Shown here: positions 15,998-24,058 of the stretch, one piece after another
Layout: every line of letters begins with the position of its first letter
Position numbering within the stretch: the first letter of the stretch is position 1
The notes under the pieces: model-generated
What the model saw: the letters and a program-made list of their open reading frames with translations, nothing else
The model's database searches: none
What the model was told of the DNA's origin: nothing
Source: Paracoccus suum
GTDB lineage: Bacteria; Pseudomonadota; Alphaproteobacteria; Rhodobacterales; Rhodobacteraceae
Assembly: GCF_003324675.1 (NCBI RefSeq)
Contig: NZ_CP030918.1
Coordinates: 600,001-632,000, forward strand
Length of the DNA stretch: 32,000 nucleotides
Direction of reading: 5' to 3'
Position numbers and translations under genes: made by a program

Positions 15998-16138
15998 GGA
16001 TGATTTGTATTCGGACGCTCGGGCGAGCGGCGAACAGCGGCATTAATCCCCGCGCTGGCCCGCGGGATCATTTCCTGCCTCGGGAAGTTAATTAAAACTT
16101 GCGTCGACCGAGGGACAATTGCATCGCATCTAGCGATC

Positions 16139-16178
16139 AAAACGTTGTCGCGCTCGAGAAGAGGGGCGACAAGTTTTT
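16139..16178. terminator. Bidirectional terminator-like hairpin
   Basis: A 7-bp stem TTGTCGC...GCGACAA (16145-16151 / 16166-16172) is flanked by AAAA on the left and TTTTT on the right. A U-tract therefore follows the hairpin on both strands. Confidence 0.5.
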
Positions 16179-16225
16179 ACAGATTTGTGAAACCAGCTGC
16201 TAGCAACCTGACGCCCAGGCGAACA

Positions 16226-16248
16226 CCCGCGGCCTCATCAGCCGCGGG
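16226..16248 (-). terminator. Perfect 8-bp GC hairpin just downstream of the DUF465 gene
   Basis: CCCGCGGC-ctcatca-GCCGCGGG lies 10 nt after the 16258 stop. The U-tract on the minus strand is weak (TGTT). Confidence 0.35.
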
Positions 16249-16257
16249 CGCCGTTCG

Positions 16258-16422
16258 CTAATGAGACAGCCGGCCGATTTCCTCTTTCAAGCGCAGCTTT
16301 TCCTTTTTGATTCGGGCAAGGTCCAATTCGTCATGGCCCGGTCTGCGCTGCATGCTCTCGGCCTGCTCGCTCAAGGCCTGGTGCTTGCGACGAAGTTCGT
16401 GGACATGGGACGCGACGGTCAT
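16258..16422 (-). CDS. DUF465 (YdcH-like) small coiled-coil protein
   Basis: MTVASHVHELRRKHQALSEQAESMQRRPGHDELDLARIKKEKLRLKEEIGRLSH has the DUF465 pattern (H-L-x-x-H-x-x-LD...LKK-x-KL-x-LKD). AGGAGG abuts ATG 16428 and sits 6 nt before ATG 16422, so I prefer 16422. Confidence 0.75.
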   Translation of the reverse strand: MTVASHVHELRRKHQALSEQAESMQRRPGHDELDLARIKKEKLRLKEEIGRLSH

Positions 16423-16493
16423 GGTCATCCTCCTGTTAAGCCCGTGATCCAGTCCACCACGAATCGCCGCGTCTGTCACCCGGTTGTCACAGA

Positions 16494-17246
16494 TCAAAGC
16501 AAAATTGCGCCGCCATGCCGCAGGACCCGTTGGGCGGCGGGCGTCAGGTCCTCGGCGTCCGAAGCGTGGTCGGGCAATGCGTGCAGAACGAATGGCGCCA
16601 GCAGGGCCAGCGGCCCCCGCGCGCCCTTGCGGGCGACAACGATCACACGACCGGCCGGGCGCCCGGCCCGTGCGGCAATTGGCAGCACCCGCATGTCGCC
16701 GGCCCGCCCCTCTAGCGCGGCGAGGATCGATGCGAGACGCTCGGCCTTGTGGATCAGCGTCAGCCAGCCGCCGGGGTTTAGCCGCCGCAACCCCGCGTCG
16801 ATCCAGATCCGAAGGGGCACCGCCTCGTGACGGGCGATGCCCCTTCCGCTGTCGGGGGCAACCGTCCCGGTGACAAAGAACGGCGGGTTCATCAGGACAT
16901 GATCGAAACTCTCGCCGCGAAGGCCCGGCGGCATGGCCAGCAGGTCACCCTGCACCACCTGCAGCGGCAGGCCATTACGGGCGGCGTTTTCCCGCGCCAA
17001 CGCGGCATAGGCGGGCTGCACCTCGAGCCCGGTCAGCGCCAGCCCCGGCACCCGATAGCCCAAGCATAGCACGGCGGCGCCGACGCCGCAGCCGACCTCT
17101 AGCACTGATTGCCCGACGCACGCGGGGCAGGCAGCAGCAAGCATGACCGCATCGGTGCCGGCACGATAGCCGTGGACCGGCTGCGCCAGGCGCAACCCGC
17201 CGCCCAGGAATCCATCGCAACGGGTTTCAGTCGTCAGCGAGGCCAT
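16494..17246 (-). CDS. SAM-dependent N6-adenine methyltransferase, tRNA1(Val) m6A37 (TrmN6/YfiC)-like
   Basis: 250-aa ORF with ATG at 17246. It has the SAM-binding motif VLEVGCGVGA and the catalytic NPPF tetrapeptide (VLMNPPFF). Confidence 0.75.
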   Translation of the reverse strand: MASLTTETRCDGFLGGGLRLAQPVHGYRAGTDAVMLAAACPACVGQSVLEVGCGVGAAVLCLGYRVPGLALTGLEVQPAYAALARENAARNGLPLQVVQGDLLAMPPGLRGESFDHVLMNPPFFVTGTVAPDSGRGIARHEAVPLRIWIDAGLRRLNPGGWLTLIHKAERLASILAALEGRAGDMRVLPIAARAGRPAGRVIVVARKGARGPLALLAPFVLHALPDHASDAEDLTPAAQRVLRHGGAILL

Positions 17247-17439
17247 GGTCGCGCAGGATCGCCGTGGCCCGAAAATGATCGCGATCCGCGACCATCAGCC
17301 GTCGCGGCAGGATCCCGATAGAGCCGTCGAGCACACTCATGTGCCGGTCCAACTCGAACGCCGGGATGCCCTCGGCGCGCAGCACATCGACCGCGTGCGT
17401 CAGGCGGAGGGGGTCGGTGCTTTTCATCAACTCGCGCAT
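17227..17439 (-). CDS. DUF2007-domain small protein
   Basis: 70-aa ORF (MRELMKSTDPLRLTHAVDVLRAEGIPAFELD...) with the DUF2007-like pattern. It overlaps the downstream methyltransferase start by 20 nt. Confidence 0.65.
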   Translation of the reverse strand: MRELMKSTDPLRLTHAVDVLRAEGIPAFELDRHMSVLDGSIGILPRRLMVADRDHFRATAILRDHGLADD

Positions 17440-17514
17440 GGCGGCAGGCTAGGCGGCGGTTGCGATGCTGTCCATGGCGTGGCATGGGACGGCCCGAAAG
17501 GTTCAGCCGCCACC

Positions 17515-18516
17515 ATGGACAGTTCCGACCGCATGCTCAGCCCGATGGACCGCCTCAGCGCGATCCTGTCCGACGACATGGCGCGGGTGAACACCGCGAT
17601 CCGCACACGCATGGCCAGCCGGCACGCCCCCCGCATCCCGGAGGTCACGGCTCATCTGGTGGAGGCCGGGGGCAAGCGACTGCGTCCGATGCTGACCCTC
17701 GCCGCCGCGCGGGCGCTTGGATATGACGGCGACGACCACGTCCGCCTCGCCGCGACGGTCGAGTTCATCCACACCGCGACCCTGCTCCATGACGACGTGG
17801 TCGATGAAAGCAGCCAGCGCCGGGGCCGGCCGACAGCCAACCTGCTGTGGGACAACAAGTCCAGCGTGCTGGTCGGCGATTACCTGTTCGCCCGCTCGTT
17901 CCAGTTGATGACCGAAACCGGGAACCTGCGGGTGCTGGACATCCTGGCCGACGCCTCGGCCACCATCGCCGAGGGCGAGGTGCTGCAGCTGACCGCGGCC
18001 CAGGACCTGAAGACCGACGAGGCAATCTACCTGCAGGTCGTCCGCGGCAAGACCGCGGCCCTGTTCGCGGCAGCGGCCGAGGTTGGCGGCATCATCGCCG
18101 GCGGCACCGAGGCCGAGGTTCGCGGCCTGCGCGACTATGGCGATGCAGTGGGGATCGCGTTCCAGATCGCTGACGATCTGCTGGATTACGGCGGGACCGC
18201 CGCCGCCATCGGCAAGAATACCGGCGATGATTTCCGCGAGCGCAAGGTGACACTGCCGGTCATCAAGGCAGTCGCCGCCGCCGATGCCGAGGGCCGGGCC
18301 TTCTGGTCGCGGGTGATAGAGGCGGGCGAGCAGCGGGACGGCGATCTGGACGAGGCGATGCGCCGCCTGGACGCGACTGGGGCGATGGCGGCGGCGCGGA
18401 ACGATGCCCTCGGCTGGGCCGCCCGTGCACGCGGGGCCCTCGCGCCCCTGCCCTATGGGAAGATCAAGTCGACGCTCCAGGACCTCAGCGATTTCGTCGT
18501 CCAGCGGATCGCCTGA
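17515..18516 (+). CDS. ispB: Long-chain (octaprenyl/decaprenyl) polyprenyl diphosphate synthase
   Basis: 333 aa from ATG 17515 within track ORF 17245-18516. Both aspartate-rich motifs are present (LLHDDVVDESSQRRG and FQIADDLLDY), as is GKRLRP. Confidence 0.9.
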   Translation: MDSSDRMLSPMDRLSAILSDDMARVNTAIRTRMASRHAPRIPEVTAHLVEAGGKRLRPMLTLAAARALGYDGDDHVRLAATVEFIHTATLLHDDVVDESSQRRGRPTANLLWDNKSSVLVGDYLFARSFQLMTETGNLRVLDILADASATIAEGEVLQLTAAQDLKTDEAIYLQVVRGKTAALFAAAAEVGGIIAGGTEAEVRGLRDYGDAVGIAFQIADDLLDYGGTAAAIGKNTGDDFRERKVTLPVIKAVAAADAEGRAFWSRVIEAGEQRDGDLDEAMRRLDATGAMAAARNDALGWAARARGALAPLPYGKIKSTLQDLSDFVVQRIA

Positions 18517-18581
18517 CCCGTCGTTGCGGACGATAGGGTCGCAGGCCAAACGGCGCGCGGCCATTCTCGTGCCCCTGTGGC

Positions 18582-19955
18582 TCAGTTGGAATAGGCCCGC
18601 TCGCCATGGGTGGTCAGGTCCAACCCCTCACGCTCGTCGTTTTCGGTCACCCGCAGGCCCAGGATGGCGCGCAGGCCCACCAGGATAACGGCCGAGACCG
18701 CGCCTGACCACAGCACCGCCACCCCGACGCCGATGAGTTGCTTGGCTACCTGCGCACCGATCGAAAATGCCTCGCCAGCAAAGCCGCCGAGGCCCGGGGC
18801 GGCAAAGACGCCGGTCAGTACTGCGCCGACGATCCCGCCGACGCCATGGATGCCGAATACGTCGAGGCTGTCGTCATAGCCCAGCGTTCTTTTAAGCCCG
18901 ACGACCGCCCACAGGCAGATCAGCCCCGCGGCCAGTCCGATCACCAGCGCGCCCATGGTGCCGACAGTGCCCGCCGCAGGCGTGATCGCGACCAGTCCAG
19001 CGACTGCGCCCGATACCGCGCCGAGCATGCTTGGGTGACCGCGATACGCCCATTCGGCGAGCGTCCAGGCGAGGGCGGCGGCGGCCGGTGCGACCAACGT
19101 CGCCAGCAGTGCCTGCACCGTCAGGGCGTTCGCCTCGAGGTTCGAGCCGGCGTTGAAGCCGAACCAGCCGACCCACAACAGGCAGCCGCCGATCATGGTG
19201 AAGGTCAGGTTGTGCGGCAGCATCTGGTCACGGCCAAACCCAAGGCGCGGGCCGACCATGATCGCCGCCACCAGCGCCGCGACGCCGCTGTTGATATGGA
19301 CGACCGTGCCGCCCGCAAAATCCAGAGCGCCGAGGCGGAACAGCGCCCCGCCCGAGTACCAGACCAGATGCGCCATCGGCAGATAGGCAAAAGTGAACCA
19401 TAGCACCGCAAATACCAGCACGGCCGAGAATTTCATCCGCTCGACGACGCCGCCGACGATCAACGCCGGGGCGATGCAGGCGAACGTGAGTTGAAAGGCC
19501 ACGAATGAAAGTTCTGGCAGTCGCACGCCGTCGCTGAAGGTGGCGACGGTCGAGTCCAGCGTCACGCCGCGCAGGAACGCCTTGTCCAGCCCACCGATGA
19601 ACGAGGCGACGCCGCCCCCCGCCTCGGGCCCGGTAAAAGCGAGGCTGTAGCCGTAGATCACCCAGAGCAAGGTGATCACGCAGAAAATCGTGAAAACCTG
19701 CATCAGCACGCTGAGCATGTTCCGCGCCCGGACCAGTCCGCCATAGAACAGCGCAAGCCCCGGCAGGATCATCGTTACGACGAGGATGGTCGAGACGAGC
19801 ATCCAGGTCACGTCCCCCTTGTCGACGGAGCCGGTGCCCATGGCGACCACGGTGTCTTGCGCTGCAGCAGGCAGCGCACCCGCTATCAGCAACGCGAGGG
19901 TGAACATCGCACTTGTTGGGGGCGTGGGGATTGGCCGGGGCCGGTATCGGGTCAT
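18582..19955 (-). CDS. amt: Ammonium transporter (Amt family)
   Basis: 457-aa polytopic ORF with Amt motifs (FYGGLVRARN, DFAGGTVVHINSG, FGIHGVGGIVG). ATG 19955 follows GAGGTG with a 4-nt spacer. The signal-like segment MFTLALLIAGALPAAAQ begins at the alternative ATG 19907. Confidence 0.9.
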   Translation of the reverse strand: MTRYRPRPIPTPPTSAMFTLALLIAGALPAAAQDTVVAMGTGSVDKGDVTWMLVSTILVVTMILPGLALFYGGLVRARNMLSVLMQVFTIFCVITLLWVIYGYSLAFTGPEAGGGVASFIGGLDKAFLRGVTLDSTVATFSDGVRLPELSFVAFQLTFACIAPALIVGGVVERMKFSAVLVFAVLWFTFAYLPMAHLVWYSGGALFRLGALDFAGGTVVHINSGVAALVAAIMVGPRLGFGRDQMLPHNLTFTMIGGCLLWVGWFGFNAGSNLEANALTVQALLATLVAPAAAALAWTLAEWAYRGHPSMLGAVSGAVAGLVAITPAAGTVGTMGALVIGLAAGLICLWAVVGLKRTLGYDDSLDVFGIHGVGGIVGAVLTGVFAAPGLGGFAGEAFSIGAQVAKQLIGVGVAVLWSGAVSAVILVGLRAILGLRVTENDEREGLDLTTHGERAYSN

Positions 19956-20178
19956 GTGTCACCTCTTGTCTGTCCGGCAACTCAGCGGCGCGGGCAGCAG
20001 GGCGCTCAAGCGCGGGATGGCCCCTGTCGCGCCGCATTGGGCGAAACGCCGCCTCCTTGGGCAGAATCTCCTGAAACTGCCCGCAAAGACGGCAGGTCAC
20101 GGTTGGGTCAGGGCCGTTCCCACGCGCGGCGCATTGCTGTATCGTCGCGGCCAACAGGCCGCAGTAAAGCGGCCGCGC

Positions 20179-22482
20179 ATGACGGGCAGACCTCAGTACA
20201 TGAAGAAACCGACTGGTAATCCCCGGCGCATCGCCGCCGACCAGCGCTATTCCGCGCCGTCCAAGACTGCCTCGGGCCAGCCGCGGCGCGGCGGACGGGG
20301 CGGGCGCGGACCGCGCCGCGGCAATGCCATCACGCGCGGCGTGACCGGCACCTTCGTGCTGCTCTGGCGGATCTTGTGGGGCTCGGTCTGGCGGCTTGGC
20401 CTGACGATGTTCCTGATCCTCGGCCTTGCCGTCGCTTATTTCTACCAGGGCCTGCCCGAGGCATCCAAGCTGTTCGACGGGCGCGCCCGCGGCAGCGTCA
20501 CCATGCTCGACACCGACGGCCGGGTCTTTGCTTGGCGCGGCGAGACCTTCGGCATGGTCACCTCGGACAAGATCGCCCCGGTCTTGCGCCAGGCCGTCGT
20601 CGCGACCGAGGACCGGCGCTTTTATCGCCACTTCGGCGTCGATCCGCGCGGCATCGCCAGCGCGATTAAGATCAACCTCGCCGAAGGGCGCGGCGCGCTG
20701 GAGGGGAACGGGGGCTCGACCATCACGCAGCAGGTCAGCAAACTGCTGTGCCTGGGCGAGACCTTCGATCCGACCCGCTGGAAGGACGAGGCCGCATTCG
20801 AGGCCGACTGCCGCGCCAGCAGCCTGTGGCGCAAGATCAAGGAAGTCCCTTACGCCATGGCGATGGAGGTGAAATACTCCAAGGACGACATCCTCAACAT
20901 CTACATGAACCGCAGCTACCTGGGCGCCGGTGCGCGCGGCTTCGAAGCTGCGGCACAGCGTTATTTCAACAAGCCCGCGGCCGACGTGACCATCCCCGAG
21001 GCGGCGATGCTGGCCGGCCTGCTGAAGGCGCCCAGCTATTTCTCGCCGGTCAGCAACATTGCCCGCTCGCGTGACCGGGCGGGTGTAGTGCTGGGGCTGA
21101 TGGCGAGCCAAGGTTACATCACCCCCGAGCAGCTGGCCGCCGCCAAGGCCGAGCCCGCCAAGCTGAGCCGCGCCGCCACCGCTCGCGCCGGCGGCTATTT
21201 CGCCGATTGGCTGATGGAGAGCGGGCCCGGTTTCCTGACCAGCGAGACGACCGAGGACGTGACGCTGAAGACGACCTTCGACCAGCGGGTTCAGCGCGCC
21301 GCCGAGCGCGCGCTGAACAAGATCTTTGACGAGAAGGTCAACGAGGGCTCCAAGGCGCAGGCCGCGGTCGTGGTCATGAGCAGCGACGGCGCCGTCCGGG
21401 CAATGATCGGCGGCCGCAGCAATACCGCCGACGGCACCTTCAACCGCGCAACGCAGGCCCGGCGCCAGCCCGGCTCCAGCTTCAAGCCGTTCGTCTACGC
21501 GGCGGCCCTCGACCAGGGGTATTCGCCCGATTCGCGGGTGCTGGATGCGCCACTGACAATCAACATCCGCGGCTCGGGGCCGTGGTCGCCGCAGAACTAT
21601 ACCCGCAACTACCGGGGCGAGGTGACGCTGACGACCGCGCTGTCGCAATCGCTGAACACCGCCACCATCCGCCTGCAGGAGGCTGTTGGCCGCGATGCCG
21701 TGCGCCGCATCGCCGAAGATTTCGGCTTTGCCCATGACCTCGCCTCCGGCCCGTCCCTCGGCCTCGGCGTCAGCGAGACCACGCTGCTGGAAATGACCGG
21801 CGCCTATGCCGGCATCCGCAACGGCGGTACTGCCGTGCGCCCCTACGGGATGATCGAACTCCGCCTGAAATCCGACGAGCGCCCGCTGATCGGCCAGTCG
21901 GGCGGCATGGGTACCCGCGTCATCTCGCAAAAGGCGGCAGGAGAGTTGATCGGCATGATGCGCAACGTCATCCAGCACGGCACTGGCACCCGGGCCAAGC
22001 TGCCGGGCGGGCGCGATGCCGCGGGCAAGACCGGCACCACCTCCAGCTATCGCGATGCGTGGTTCATTGGCTTTACCGATCAATATGTGACCGGCGTCTG
22101 GATGGGCTATGACGACAACAAGCCGCTGAAAGGCGTCACCGGCGGCGGCCTGCCGGCCGAAATCTGGCAGGCCGTCATGGCCGAGATCAGTGACGGTCTG
22201 CCGAACGTGCCGCTGGGCACCGATTTCCCGGACGGCGCGGGCGCAACGCAGATCACCCCGGTGGCCATCGAGGGCGGCGATCCCTTGGCAGCGGCCCTGG
22301 GCGAGGCGCTTGGCCAGCCGGGCGGCCAGCTGGCGGCCCCGCAGGTGGCGGGCAACGTCCAGACCTCTGACCCGACCAACGCCCCGACCCGCCCGGTCCG
22401 TGTCGTGCCGCAAAGCCAGGGCGCACAGGGCGCGCGCGACCCGTTGGCCGACGCGCTGGGCGGCATTCTGGGCGGGACCTGA
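20179..22482 (+). CDS. Class A (PBP1A-family) bifunctional penicillin-binding protein
   Basis: Within track ORF 19786-22482. Order: a basic cytoplasmic tail, a TM helix (LGLTMFLILGLAVAYF), GT51 motifs (EDRRFYRHFGVD, GGSTITQQ), then transpeptidase motifs (SSFKP, SQSLN, KTGTT). The start is ATG 20179 or ATG 20200, and neither has a clear SD. Confidence 0.88.
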   Translation: MTGRPQYMKKPTGNPRRIAADQRYSAPSKTASGQPRRGGRGGRGPRRGNAITRGVTGTFVLLWRILWGSVWRLGLTMFLILGLAVAYFYQGLPEASKLFDGRARGSVTMLDTDGRVFAWRGETFGMVTSDKIAPVLRQAVVATEDRRFYRHFGVDPRGIASAIKINLAEGRGALEGNGGSTITQQVSKLLCLGETFDPTRWKDEAAFEADCRASSLWRKIKEVPYAMAMEVKYSKDDILNIYMNRSYLGAGARGFEAAAQRYFNKPAADVTIPEAAMLAGLLKAPSYFSPVSNIARSRDRAGVVLGLMASQGYITPEQLAAAKAEPAKLSRAATARAGGYFADWLMESGPGFLTSETTEDVTLKTTFDQRVQRAAERALNKIFDEKVNEGSKAQAAVVVMSSDGAVRAMIGGRSNTADGTFNRATQARRQPGSSFKPFVYAAALDQGYSPDSRVLDAPLTINIRGSGPWSPQNYTRNYRGEVTLTTALSQSLNTATIRLQEAVGRDAVRRIAEDFGFAHDLASGPSLGLGVSETTLLEMTGAYAGIRNGGTAVRPYGMIELRLKSDERPLIGQSGGMGTRVISQKAAGELIGMMRNVIQHGTGTRAKLPGGRDAAGKTGTTSSYRDAWFIGFTDQYVTGVWMGYDDNKPLKGVTGGGLPAEIWQAVMAEISDGLPNVPLGTDFPDGAGATQITPVAIEGGDPLAAALGEALGQPGGQLAAPQVAGNVQTSDPTNAPTRPVRVVPQSQGAQGARDPLADALGGILGGT

Positions 22483-22499
22483 CGCGCTGTCAGTTCAGA

Positions 22500-22538
22500 G
22501 CGGGCGCCAGGATCTGACCCCCGGCGCCCGCATTTTTT
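22500..22538 (+). terminator. Rho-independent terminator after the PBP gene
   Basis: GCGGGCGCC-(14-nt loop)-GGCGCCCGC is a perfect 9-bp stem followed by ATTTTTT. It sits in the convergent spacer with mlaC. Confidence 0.7.
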
Positions 22539-22590
22539 GAATCCATGGCGTGTGACAAACCAGCTGAAGCGCCGGTCCTGTTACGGCACG

Positions 22591-23226
22591 TCAGCTAGCG
22601 CGGGCTAGATCGCTCGCCAGAGCGTTGATATCGCCCTTGTGCCGACCCAGAAGCGCCGCGATCTCGGCCCGTTCGGTCGAGATCATGTTCACACCCTCGA
22701 CGATCAGGTTGAAGAATCGCACCTGCCCCGACTTGTCGGATACGTGCCATTCGACGGCGATCGGCTCCTGTCCGTTCAGATAGGCGGTCGACTGCACTGC
22801 GACGAAGGACTTGACCGGCGCCGCCTGCCCGACATCGATGCGACCGCCGACAAAGTCGTGGAAACGCTTGCCGTATTTGCGGCCGATATAGCCGGTGAAA
22901 GCGTTGGTATAATTAGTCAGCGCTGCCGGCTGGGCCTGACGCGCCGCCGGGCCCAGGCAACTGCGTGCAATCACCGGCACATCGGCGTAGCGCACAAAGA
23001 TGTCCGTGAATCTGGCATACATCTGCGGCGCCGGAAGGCCGGAGTTGATGACCGAATAGACATCGGCCACGGCGTGCTGGATCAGCGTGCGGGCCCCGTC
23101 GGTTGACAGGGCCAGCGCGGGGCGCGCGACCGCCAGGACACCTGCCCCGGCCATCAGCCCAAGAAAACCGCGCCGCGTTTCAGTCGCTATATGGGTCAAT
23201 GATTTCGGCCTCCTGCCCCAGCTCAT
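22591..23226 (-). CDS. mlaC: MlaC/Ttg2D-family periplasmic phospholipid-binding protein
   Basis: The mature part is typical of the toluene-tolerance Ttg2D/MlaC family (FDIxxxARxxLG-like: VPVIARSCLGPAARQ, FTGYIGRKYGKRF, VEWHV, NLIVEGVNM). The N-terminus carries a twin-arginine-like ETRRGFLGLMAGAG...ALA. The start is ATG 23226, or TTG 23199, which follows AGGAGG with a 9-nt spacer. Confidence 0.75.
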   Translation of the reverse strand: MSWGRRPKSLTHIATETRRGFLGLMAGAGVLAVARPALALSTDGARTLIQHAVADVYSVINSGLPAPQMYARFTDIFVRYADVPVIARSCLGPAARQAQPAALTNYTNAFTGYIGRKYGKRFHDFVGGRIDVGQAAPVKSFVAVQSTAYLNGQEPIAVEWHVSDKSGQVRFFNLIVEGVNMISTERAEIAALLGRHKGDINALASDLARAS

Positions 23227-23941
23227 GTCGGCGATGTTGTTGATACAGCAGCTTTGTCTGCGTGTAGCTGTCGGCACTGTCATGCAGCACGCTATCCACG
23301 GTATCGCCGTATTTGGCGCGCTTGCCGACTTTGGCCACGATCTTGACCGCCCGCGCAGCCACCCGCGCGTCGTCTGGCAGCCACTGGTCCATCGGATCGA
23401 TCAGCCAATCGACGACCCGGCCGGCCGCGTCACGCTCGGACGAGGGACCGAGAATCGGCAACTCGAGGTAGGCGCCCTCGGGCACGCCCCAGACATGCAG
23501 AGTCTCGCCGAAATCGGTGTCGACCTCGGTCAGCGCGAACTCGCGCCCGGCCGGATCCATCAGGCCGCCGAGGCCAAGGGTCGAGTTCACCAGAAACCGC
23601 CCCGCATTCTGCGCCGCGGGTTGCGGCCGTCCCTGCAGTAGATGGTTCACAACCTTGCCGGGCAGCGACAGGTTGCCGCCGATATTGGTAATGCCGTCCA
23701 TCAGCGAAGGCGCAGCCGCGGCATCAGCTGAGGGCGCGCCTTGCGCCTTACCCCGCTTCAGCGGCGAGGTCAGCGGCCGCACGACCTTGGCGTCGACGCC
23801 GGCGTTGAAGGCATGCATCTGCCGGTTGAAGGGCGCATATGGGTCATCCCCCCTGCCGGCGCAGGCCGACAGCACCAGCATGGCGCCAATGGCCGCGCAG
23901 CGGCCGAGGAAAGGGGCGGGGGGTAAAGATTTGTGAACCAT
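23180..23941 (-). CDS. mlaA: MlaA/VacJ-family outer-membrane lipoprotein
   Basis: 253-aa ORF with a lipobox (MLVLSAC). It is collinear with E. coli MlaA motifs (DPYAPFNRQMHAFN, NIGGNL, FLVNSTLGLGGLMD, FGETL, PGAYLELPILGPS). Confidence 0.85.
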   Translation of the reverse strand: MVHKSLPPAPFLGRCAAIGAMLVLSACAGRGDDPYAPFNRQMHAFNAGVDAKVVRPLTSPLKRGKAQGAPSADAAAAPSLMDGITNIGGNLSLPGKVVNHLLQGRPQPAAQNAGRFLVNSTLGLGGLMDPAGREFALTEVDTDFGETLHVWGVPEGAYLELPILGPSSERDAAGRVVDWLIDPMDQWLPDDARVAARAVKIVAKVGKRAKYGDTVDSVLHDSADSYTQTKLLYQQHRRHELGQEAEIIDPYSD

Positions 23942-24058
23942 TTGGCGCTAGGACGTAGCGAATCCGGATGGCCCGCGCTAGACATCGTCTCGACACCCTC
24001 GGGGGTTTTGGCGGCCCAGCGCCGGTTTTGCGCGGCCAGTTCACGGGCGGAGTTCTGA

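Noticed and set aside
16088-16095. TTAATTAA, which resembles CtrA half-sites
   Set aside because: The CtrA box is TTAA-N7-TTAA. Here the two TTAA are adjacent and no partner lies at the right spacing.
19956-20178. Searched for sigma-54 (TGGCAC-N5-TTGC) and NtrC palindromes upstream of amt
   Set aside because: Only partial matches were found (for example GCGCCGCTGAGTTGCC lacks the GG dinucleotide). Nothing is convincing without a PWM scan.
19228-22413. 1061-aa minus-strand ORF, the longest in the window
   Set aside because: It is antisense to the PBP1A gene, which carries unambiguous GT51 and transpeptidase motifs, and it runs into the amt gene. The composition is low-complexity R/A/G/D, so it is a GC-rich shadow frame.
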